A DNA stretch of 64,000 nucleotides. Source: the human T2T-CHM13v2.0 reference genome, Homo sapiens. A program made the translations under genes and the position numbers. The stretch lies in NCBI RefSeq assembly GCF_009914755.1, contig NC_060930.1. One strand, written 5' to 3'. The first letter of the stretch is position 1. Each line of letters starts with the position of its first letter. The notes beneath the pieces were generated by a model that searched no databases, had not been told where the DNA came from, and saw only the letters and a list, made by a program, of their open reading frames with translations. This document shows positions 52,354 to 64,000 of this stretch, in pieces.

Positions 52354-53009
52354 AATATGGGATAATATTTGCATTATTACAATAGTTGCATATTATAAAG
52401 ATGATGTAAAAAACAGTGAAGGTGCTTATCATGATCACATGATTCATTTATCTCATTTTAAAAGTGAAGGAGCAGACAAAATAACTTAAAAAGTCCTTCC
52501 ATATTTAAAATTATGTATGTCTCTGTTTAAGGAAAAGGGAAAACAAGGCTCTGTCTTGCTTCTTTCACTAATTGGATGTATTTGTTTGCTAAGTCCTTGA
52601 CTCTTGCTAGTCTTGGTTTTAATCCAATTCTGTTTTCTTGCCTGTAAAATAGAGACAAAAATAATACCTAGTGTTGTGAGGATCAAAATGTTGGTGTGTA
52701 GAAAACATTTTTTGACTGTACTAACCTGAGTGCTAAGAGAACTGAAAAATTCTGTCCCTGAGTTACTGAAGCAGTAAGACTAGCATGTGAAAAAAAAAAA
52801 CTGTAGAAAAACATATGAATCCACGTGATTGGTGATAATATCTGTATTGCCCATTGTAATGGCTGTAAGAATTCAAGTAGAGGAATACACTTTATGGGTA
52901 AATAAAAGATGTTTATATACCAAAAATTGGAGATGAGTTGGTATTAATGGATGAACAAACTTTGGGCCCGAATGAAGTTAACAAATCCAACTTTGATTTT
53001 TTTCAATGT

Positions 53010-54002
53010 ACATATTTATTTTTAAAATTGACATACAAAATCGTATGTATTTATAATGAACAACATGTCTTGTAGTAGAGTAAGTCCTCATACATCACAA
53101 ATAGGTCCTGGAAAATGATGCATAAAAACAGCATTTTTTTCTCATTGACATTATAATGATATGATGTTGAAAAAAACGATGTTATTAAAAGATGTGCTGT
53201 ATGTTGTTTCACTTGAAGTCGCAGTTTCCAAAAATGTATTGACTGTGTTAAATGAGGACTTACTGTATAAATACATTGTGGAATGGTTAAATCTAGATAA
53301 CTAACAAATGCGTTACTTTTCTTAGTTTTTATTTTTGTGGTGAGAACACTTAACATCCACTCTTCTAGCATCTTTTCAAGAATATAATATTTGCCATTAA
53401 CTGTAATTGCTACGCTGTAAAATAGATCTCTTGAACTTACTCCCCTCCAAACTGTACATGTGTGTTCTTTAACCAACATCTCAACATGCCTTCTTACGTC
53501 CCACCCATAAGCTCTAATGCCCAGCATTCTACTGTTTTCTTGACATGAAGTTTTTTAGATTCCACATATGAGTTAGATCATACAGCATTTGTCCTTTGTG
53601 TCTAGCTTATTTCACTTAACATAATATCCTCCAGATTCACTCATGTTGTCACAAATGGCAGGATTTTCTTATTTTATTTTTATGACCAAATAGTATTCCA
53701 TTGTGTGTGTATGTGTGTGTGTACGTGACATATATATATCACACATAAAATGTGATATATATATATATCCCACTTTCTTTATCCATATCCATAAGGTTGC
53801 TTCCTTATCATGGCTATTGTGAATAGTGCTTCAATAAACATGGGAGTGCAGATATCTCTTCAACATACTAATTTCACTTCCTTTGGATATAGATCCAATA
53901 GGGGCATTATCAGATAATATGGTAGTTCTATTTTTAATTTTTATAGGAATCTCCATAATGTTTTTCATAATAGCTGTACTAATTTAAATTCCTACCAACC
54001 AA
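53010..54002 (-). mobile_element. L1MA-type 3' fragment interrupted by MER47
   Basis: L1 3'UTR/ORF2-end motifs (CTTATTTCACTTAACATAAT, CATGGGAGTGCAGATATCTCTTC). Confidence 0.8.
53078..53265. mobile_element. MER47-like Tigger MITE
   Basis: TIRs AGTAAGTCCTCA / TGAGGACTTACTG with TA TSD. Confidence 0.8.
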
Positions 54003-55696
54003 CACAACTTGGTTGGTAGTAATAGAGTCCTAGAGAGGAGTCTATTATTAACAGAAAGGTTACTCTTTGTTTTCAGTTTCTTTACAGTTATACTTGGAAG
54101 AGAGGCAGTCTCTGGTACATGGAGGCTTATATTAGATATTTGCTAATGATAAGTCAGTTAAGATGAAAAAATGTGACACTGCATACATAATTAATTCCAA
54201 TGTATCTTAAGCTAGTAGAAACAGCATATCTCTTGGCTTATACTCTATTTTAAATAATTCTGTTTATATGTTTATTTGATATAATCAACCAGTCTGTGAC
54301 AATTTTCCTCTTCAATAAAATGATTTTTAAACTTTTATTTTAGATTCAGGGGTACATGTACTTTTGGTGTCTTCATCATGAAATCTCTACCAGTTTCTAT
54401 GTCCAGAGTGGTATTGCCTAGGTTATCTTCCAGGGTTTTTGTAGATTTGGGTTTTACATTTAAGTCTTTAATCTGTCTTGAATTGATTTTTTGTATATGG
54501 TGTAAGGAAGGGGTCTGGTTTCAATCATCTGTCTATGGCTAACCAGTTATCCCAGCACCATTTATTAAATAAGGAGTCCTTTTCCCATTGCTTGTTTGCT
54601 CAGCTTTGTTGAACATCATATGGTGGTAGGTGTGGCCTTGCTTTTGGATTCTCTATTCTGTTCCATTGATCTATGTATCTGTTTTTGTACCAGTGTCATT
54701 GTGTTTTGGTTACTGTAGCCCTGTAGTATGGTTTAAGATGGGGTAGTCTGATACTTCTAGCTTTGTTCTTTTTGCTTAGGATTACCTTGGCTATTTGGAC
54801 TCTCTTTTGGTTCTGTATAAATTTTAAAATAGTTTTTTCTAGTTCTGTGAAGAATGTCATTGTTAGTTTGATAGGAATTGCATTGAATCTGTAAATTGTT
54901 TTGGGCAGTATGGCTATTTTTATTATATTGATTCTTCCCACCCATAAGCATAGGATGTTTATCCATTTGTTTGTGTCATCTCTGATTTCTTTGAACAATG
55001 TTTTGTAACTCTCCTTGTAGAGATCTTTCACCTTCCTGGTTAGCTGTAATCCTAAATATTTTATTCTTTTTATGGCAATTGTGAATAGGGTTGCGTTTCT
55101 GATTTGGTTCTCAGCTCGACTCTCGTTTGTGTATAGTAATGCTAGTGATTTTTGTACATTGATTTTTGTATCCTGAAACTTTCCTGAAGTTGCTTATCAG
55201 CAGAAAGAGCACTTGGGCCAAGACTATGGGGTTCTCTAGATATAGAATCATATCGTCTGCAAAGAGGGATAGTTTGACTTCCTCTCTTCCTATCTGGATG
55301 CGATTTATTTCTTTCTCTTGCCTGATTGCTCTGGCCAAGATTTCCAATACTATGTCAAATAAGAGTGTTGAGAGAGGGTATCCTTGTCTCTTTCTGGTTT
55401 CCAAGGGGAATGTTTCCAGATGTGGCCCATTCAGTATAATGCTGGCTGTGGATTTATTATAGATGGGCTCATTATTTTTAGGTATTTTCCTTCAATACCT
55501 AGTTTATTGAGAGTTTTTAACATGAAGAGATATTGAATTTTATCAAAAACCTTTTCTGCATCTATTGAGATAATCATATGTTTTCTGTCTTTAGTTCTGC
55601 TTATGTGATTAATCACATTTATTGATTTGCATATGTTGAGCCCATCTTGCATCCCAGTGATAAAGCATACTTGATTGTAATGGATTAGCTTTTTGA

Positions 55697-56041
<345 letters not shown>

Positions 56042-57962
56042 ACAAGTATTTCATTGAGGATTTTTGCATCAATATTCATCATAGATTGAATATTTTTCTT
56101 TGTTGGGTCTCTGCCAGGTTTTGATATCAGGATGATGCTGGCCTCATATAGTGAGTTGAAGAGGTGTCTCTCCTCTTCAACTCATTGTAATAGTTTCAGT
56201 GGTAAAAATATCAGTTCTTCTTTGTAAATCTGGTAGAAATTAGCTATGAATCTCTCTGGTCCTGGCTTTTTTATCATTGGTAGGCTATTTATAACTGATT
56301 CAATTTCAGAGCTCATTACTGGTCTGTTCAGGGAATCAATTTCTTCCTGGATCAGTCTTGGGAGGGTGTATTTGTCTAGGAATTTATCCATCCCTTTTAG
56401 ATTTTAGATCCCTTTTAGATTTCCTGGTGTGTGCATAGAGATGTTCATATTAGTCTCTGATGGTCATTTGTATTTCTGTGGGGTCAGTGTTAACATCCGT
56501 TTTGTCATCTCTAATGGTGCTTTTGTGGATCTTCCTTCTTTTTTCTTTGTTAGTCTAACTAGAAGCCTGTCTATTTTATTAATTTTTTCAAAGACCCAAC
56601 TTCTGGATTGTTGATCTTTTGAATAGTTTTCTGTGTCTCAATCTCATTCAGTCCAGCTCTGATTTTGGTTATTTCTTGTCTTCTACTAGCTTGGTGTTTG
56701 GTTTGCTCTTCATCCTGTGGTTCTTTTGGTTGTCATGTTAGGTTGTTAAATTGAGAGCTTTCTAACTTTTTGATGTGGACATTTAGTGTTATAAATATCC
56801 CTCCTAATACTTCCTTGGGGTTTGTCCCAGAGATTCTAGTATGCTGTGTCTTTGTTCTCATTATTTTCAAAGAACTTCTTGATTTGTGCCTTAATTTCAT
56901 TATTCATCCAAGAGTAATTCAAGAGCAGGTTGTTTAATTTCCATGTAATTGCATCTTGTTTGGTGATTTTTCTTAGTCTTGATTTCTATTTTTATTGTAC
57001 TGTGGTCTAAGAGTCTTTGGTATAATTTTGATTGTTTTGTATTTGCTGAGGATTGTTTTATGTATTATTGTGTGGTGAATTTTAGAGTATGTGCATTATG
57101 GTGATGAGAAAAATGTATATTCTGTTGTTTTTGGGTGCAGTGTTTTTTAAAGGTTCAGCAGATTCATTTGGTCCAATGTTGAGTTCAGGTCCTGAATATT
57201 GTCATTAATTTTCTGCCTCAATTATCTGTCTAATACTGTCTGTGGGGTGTTAACGTCTCCCACCATTATTGTGTGGAAGTCTAAGTCTCTTTTTAAGTCT
57301 TCAGAAACTTGCTTTATGAATTTGGGTCCTCCCGTGTTGATGCGTATACATTTTGGACAGTTAGCTCTTCTTGTTCAATTGAACACTTTACCATCATATA
57401 ATGCCTTTTTTGTCTCTTTAAATATTTGTTGGTTTAAAGTATGTATTGCCTGAAATTAGGATTGCAACTCTTGCTTTTTTTCTGATTTTCATTTGCTTGG
57501 TAGATTTTCCTCCATCCCTTTATTTTCAGATGATTGTCATTGCATGTGAGATGGGTCTCTTGAAGACAGTATATCACTGGGTCCTGCTTTTTTTTATCCA
57601 GCTTCCACTCTGTGCCTTTTAAATGGGAACACTTAGCCTGTTTACATTCCATGTTAGTATTGGTATGTGTAAATTTGATCTTGTCATTGTGTTGTTAGCT
57701 CATTATTATGCCAGCTTGTTTGTGTGGCTGCTTTATAGTGTCACTGATCTATGTACTTAAGTGTGTTTTTGTTTTGTCTAGTAACCATATTTCCTTTCCT
57801 TATTTAGTGCTTTTTTCAAGATACAGTGTAAGGCAGATCTGGTGGCAACAAACTCCCTCAGTGTTTGCTTATCTGAAAAGGATCATTTCTCCTTTGTTTA
57901 GGAAGCATAATTTGGCTGGATATAAAATTCTTGGTTGAAATTTTTTTCTTTAAGAATGTTGA

Positions 57963-58265
<303 letters not shown>

Positions 58266-58776
58266 CTAATCTCTTCTGGCTTATAGGGTTTCTTCTGAGA
58301 GGTCTGCTGTTAGCCTGGTTGGGCTTCCTTTGTAGGTGACCTGCCGTTTCTCTCTAGCTGCCTTTAATATCCCTTCTTTCATTTCGGCCTTGGAGACTCT
58401 GACGATTATGTGTCTTGGGGATTATCTTCTCGTGTAGAATCTTGCAGGAGTCCTCTGTATTTCCTGAATTTGACTGTTGCCCTCTCTATTGGGGTTGGGG
58501 AAGTTATCAAGGACGAGGTCCTGAAATACATTTTACAAGTTGTTTGCTTTCTCCCGTTGCTTTCAGGGATGCCAGTGATTCATATATTTTGCCTTTTTAC
58601 ATAATATTGTACTTCTCAGAGGTTTTGTTTATTCCTTTTCATTTTTTTCTTTATTTTTATCTGACTGTCATATTTCAAAGAGCCTGTCTTCATGTTTCAA
58701 GATTCTTTCCTCAGCTTGGTCTATTCAGCTGTTAATATTGTGAGTGTATTGTGAAAGTCTTCTAGTGTGTTTTTCA

Positions 58777-58874
58777 CATGCCAGTCTGGTCTCAAACTCC
58801 TGACCTCAGGTGATCCGCCTGCCTCAACCTCCCAAAGTGCTGGGATTATAGGCATAAGCCACCACACCCAGACC
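58777..58874 (-). mobile_element. Alu left-arm fragment
   Basis: CTCAAACTCCTGACCTCAGGTGATCCGCCTGCC...; the rest is deleted. Confidence 0.85.
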
Positions 58875-58888
58875 TTGGTTTGCTTTTA

Positions 58889-59369
<481 letters not shown>

Positions 59370-59403
59370 CTAAGATTATCCCCAAGACACATAATCATCA
59401 GAG

Positions 59404-59404
<1 letters not shown>

Positions 59405-59463
<59 letters not shown>
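59405..59463. repeat. (TA)n(TG)n microsatellite
   Basis: Direct. Confidence 0.95.
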
Positions 59464-59465
<2 letters not shown>

Positions 59466-62400
59466 GCCTTTTGAGTTGCCAGAATTCTTGCATTGTTTCT
59501 TTCTCATATCTGTGTATGATGGGTGTTCCTTTAATTGTGGTGTAGATTGAGTACAGTCTATAGCCTCCTTTGCTGGGTGTTTTCACAGGGCTAAGGCTTT
59601 GTGCAGAGTCTTTTTTAATTTGCTGCTGACTTATTTCTTGTCTTTGGTTTCACAGGGGGTTATGTTAGCAAGGTATTTTTGGTGTCAAAGCTTTGGGATG
59701 TGATCCAGTAGGTGGCTCTTAGGCATTTTGGTCAATAGGCAGGCTCTTGCTCAGTCATGTGGCTGTCTTATATTTTCTCACAGTTGCAGCTGCCTCTCAG
59801 TACTCAATACTCTGAAACTGTGGACCCTTCTTTCACTTGAGTGTTGGTTGTAGATCATAGCTTGGTACTCCCAGACTGCCCACCACAGCTCTGGGGAGAT
59901 CTCAGGGTTTATGTTTCCTCCCTAACTTGAAGGCAACAGAGGAAGTGACCTACCTTAGCAGTGGTTGAAGACGAGGTCTCTTACTTGTCTTCTGGGGGCT
60001 CTGCCCCAGAGAGATGCAGATCATCAATTGATCAGTGTAATCAGCTCAGGATGGGGGTCGGTGTGGTAGGCTCAAGCCAGGAGTTCTGTGCCTGATGATA
60101 AGCACTGTGGGTGGGTGAATGGGACCTGGTCTTCTTTCCTCTGGGTTGACTGCTGCTTGTTGGAGCTGTGGATAAGGCACTTAGGTTCTTTTCTCCTTCG
60201 TTAGTATGGGAAGTACCACTGCTACTCTCTCTGCAGTGGCAGAGAGGCTTTCGGTTGCCCCTGGGGGCTTCACCTCTGAGAAACATGAAGCCACTGTTGC
60301 TGGAAGTTTCAGCCAGGGCAGTTGTGTGGATGCCTTGCTGGCATGAGCTTGAGGCTCTGCTTGTTGGGGAGCAGGGGGTTGATGGCTCACCAGGAGGAGA
60401 GACTGGTCTCCTCTCCATATGGTGACTGTGGCATGCTGTAAGCTTGGGTGTAGCCCTCAGGTCTTTGTTTCTTCCCCAGAACAAGGGCAGCAGGGATAGA
60501 GCCACTGCTGTGGCAGTGGCAGAAGTGCTGTCAGATGCTTCTGGGAGCCTCTTCCCAGGGAAACTCTGGGCCACTACCAGTAGTTTATGCTCAGCTGTGG
60601 GTGGGGTGACTGTTCTTTGGTCATGAACTGGGAGCTCTGCCTGGTAAAGAGTGGGGTTTGGGAGTTCCCAGCAAAGAATGGCTAGGCACCTCTCTGTATG
60701 GTGGCCTTGATGTGCTGGAGGTGCCAATGTAGTGACTAGGCCCTTTGTTCTTTTCCCAGCCCAAGGGCTATTAGGATGGTACCACTGCAACTACAGTGGT
60801 GCAGGGGTTGCAAGCTGACTGTGGGATTTCATCCTCAAACAAATGCTGGGCTGCCTCTGATTGAAGTGGTCAGGTGGGGGTAGGGTGGTTGTACTGGAGT
60901 CCCAGGTTGGTTGGCCCTGCCCAGGAAGAAGCGAGGACCGGGACCTGCATGGAGAATAGTCCGGTCACCTTTCCATGAGGTAAGTGCTCTGTACTGAGGG
61001 TCCAGACAAGACCCTGGTCTTCACAGACTCTCCAGAGCCTGGAGATAGCACTGGTGAGGGCTATGAGACAGCAAAGACGTCAACCCACCCCTCCCACTGG
61101 GAGCTCTGTCCCGTGGAATTGCAGAGCTGATACTGACTTGATAGCCCCAGTGGGGAGTGGGTGAAGACCCAGGCTGTGTGGACCCATCCAGTGAGGAGAT
61201 ATGGGATCAGGGACCCATGTAAAAAACAGTCTGGCTACTTTTCCACAGGGCTGCTGTAGTATGCAGGGGATCCAGTCCAGTCCCTAATCACCTTGAATTT
61301 TCCAGTACTTGAAGGTATCAACAGTGAAGGCTGCGAAACAGCAAAGATGGAAGCCTGCCCTCCCTCTGGGAGCTCCATCCCAGGAAGGTTTGGAACTGCT
61401 GCCAGCTGGAAAACACTGGCAGGGGTGGTTGTAGACCTCAGTTGAGAGATTCTGACGAGTGAAGAGAAATAGGATCCGGGACCCACATGGAAAAACAGTC
61501 TGGTTACCTCTCTGTGTAGCTGCTGCACTTTACCAGGGTAACTGCTCCAGTCCTTAGTTGTCTTGGATTCCTCAGAGCTCAGAGGTATTAATAGTTAAGG
61601 CTGTGAAAGAGCATAGATGGTGGCCCAAGACACCCCTTGGGAGCTTGGTCGCAGGGAGGTATAATACTGCTACCCATAGCTGAGTGAAGTTCTAAGATGT
61701 GGGTCTTATCCAGTGAGGTGCCATGGAAGCAAGGTCTGCAGACTGTGGCTGCTCAGGCCCCTGTATTCAGCCCCTTTCCTAGAGGTATGTATGGAGGTCT
61801 AACCTCCCATTTTGCCAGAGCTGCAGCCACTTTTATTGGGAAGCTCACTTGGGGCTCCATGTGTGTCTGAGCAGCTGCTCTTCTAATACTCTGTGTAGCT
61901 CTGTGTGTCTAACTGAAGGCCCTGGTGGAATAGGTTCATGAAGGGGTCTCCTGACTCAAGAGTTGCAAAGATCCATGGGAGAAACATCAGTACCTGGGAG
62001 TGTTCACTCACTTACCACTTCCTTGGGCTGGGGAGACTCCCCTGGCTCCACATTGCTCCTGGGTGGGAGATATCCTGCCATTCTTTTCTCCATTCTTTGT
62101 GGGTTGAATTGTTTTTCTGATGAACCCTAATGAGTGTACCTGGATGTTTCCACTGAAGGTGCTGTATTTACTCACCCCTCTATTTCTCTCCATGGGAGTG
62201 GCACACACTACCTGCTTCTAGTCTGCTGTCTGTTAAAGACTAACTTGCTGTAGCTTGTTTAGTATAGGGTCATATGTGACACTATCATTTCATAAATTTT
62301 CATAATTAGGGTTGTGTTTTTGCTCACCACTTTAGATCAAAGTTTTAAAATCTAAGCACCGAACCATTGCTGGAAATAATAAGGTCTTGCGAATGAAGCA

Positions 62401-64000
62401 TCTGAAGGACAATCCAAAACTGAAGTCCTGATTTCTGACAAATAAGAATCAATTTTCTCTTTTTTTCTGTAAACTTTGACATATGTGACAGGACTGTGTC
62501 TATAATCTGAGTATGGATATAAGCATCACTAGAATTAATAGTTCAACAAATAGATATACAGAAATTAATAGCATCCACTGTATTATCTTCAGATATCTAG
62601 GACAATTGTGTGTGTGTGTGTGTGTGTGCAATTGGCAGAGATTATATCTTTATTGTTGCTGAAAAACTAGAAAGAAGGAAGATATATTTTGCTATTTGAG
62701 GAGGAAGTTTGAGAATCCTGTGGGCAGTGGCATAATTTATCCTGTGAGTGGCATAATTTCTATTGATGACATATTTTGCTCTTGGGAAATAAACAGAGCA
62801 GTGCTTACACATGAATACAACATTAAAAAATCAGAAATTAATGGTGAATGATTTGCAAGTAATCTTTTTGGTGGTGTTTTCTTAACTTTGGCAATATTTT
62901 TCTATGAAGAGGACTGTAAATGGATAGCCACCTTGTACAGGTATTGTGTTATTGCTACTCTCTTTAAGGCCAGGTTTAAAATTATGAATGTAGTCTTTGA
63001 TTAATGTTACCTAATAAGAAGTGCTCAGTATCATTGACCACAAAAAAAGCATTGTATCTTCCAAATGATGACAACTCTCACTTCAGTGATGAGAATTAAA
63101 TAATGTTTGCTTTCTGTTCTAATTCTTCTTTGCTTCCTTATTTAACATTTTAAGAAAAAGACATTTATCATAAAAATAAATTACCATTTTCAACTTTTGT
63201 ATTTGTTGCATACATTTAACTTCTGTCTAGTTGATTTATATAAATTGAAATTGTTGTAATTATCAGTAGTATCTTTTATGTATCCAATGAGAGTTATACC
63301 TGTAAATTAAAATACTTGATAAAAAGCACTTGGGTATATGTCATCTGTCATTTCACACATCCTAATTGCTCATGACTAGTTCCTAAAAAATTCAAATGTC
63401 AAATTAAAGGAGTCATTATTATACTGAAAATGTTGAGAGCCTTTTGAGCAATGACATACTGTTGCATTTTTTTAAACCAATCAGATTACAAGTCTTTAAA
63501 TATTAGTGGTGGCATTGTAAATGGGAATAGATAATTTGTTTTAGACAGTCAACCTTGGTGAAATAAGCTTATGTTTCTTTATTGAGAGCAATTGTAAAAA
63601 GCCAAATTGTTTCCTAAGATGAAAGATAAACACCTCTCAGGCAAGACTATATTTTCTTTATAGCTCATTTAATTGCTTTAAATTTTTTATCTCCACAATT
63701 TCTTTCTGATCCCTAAGCCACAAATTATACTCTGCCTCTTGGTTGCTCAGGTGTATTTCATTTACTTTACCTTTCTAATGTTTTCATCTTAAAATTTTAT
63801 TGGGATCAATATGAAGACGATTGATGCTGAAAAAGAACTTTGGTTACATCTTCACGTACGAATACACAAATATAAATGTTATCAGAACATTTGTTTCTCC
63901 GAATAGTATCATTTTCTTTTATTAATAGTTATGTTCAAAACATGTCATCAAAGTAGGCCTCAGTAGAAATGTAGTGATGTAATTATTGCTATTAATTTGC

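Noticed and set aside
60041-60790. 249-aa ORF, the longest in the window
   Set aside because: Lies in the GC-richer L1 5'UTR, starts at a non-ATG codon, no domain features
60930-61750. ~270-bp degenerate tandem repeats
   Set aside because: Intrinsic repeated units of the old L1 5'UTR

Overview
Primate genomic DNA (Alu/L1PA/MER41 content; the proteins match human CRISP2 and CRISP3 as I recall them, 6p12 cluster). Two tandem minus-strand paralogues of the cysteine-rich secretory protein family are present. CRISP3 is complete: 8 exons, CDS 48342->32706, 777 nt = 258 aa + stop, with a TATA/ETS/C-EBP promoter. CRISP2 is present as its 5' part: CpG-island promoter, 5'UTR exons and 5 coding exons from 13182 to 1832, with the last exons outside the window. 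The rest is mostly transposon debris: an internally deleted L1PB in a CRISP2 intron, a nested ERV1/MER41/Alu complex and a MER4 LTR between the genes, a young 5'-truncated L1PA, a near full-length old L1PA upstream of CRISP3, about 11 Alus, MER33/MER3/MER47, MLT1 and microsatellites. I see no new multi-gene system. The most interesting signals come from comparing the two paralogues. CRISP2 carries a silenced copy of the CRISP3 promoter and first coding exon and is driven from a CpG promoter outside the duplicated block. There are uORFs and a candidate cassette exon in the CRISP2 leader. TE-derived poly(A) signals appear to have been recruited or lost. Several template-switch or fold-back repair scars sit at retroelement junctions. 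Repeat subfamily names come from recalled consensus sequences and need RepeatMasker/Dfam confirmation.
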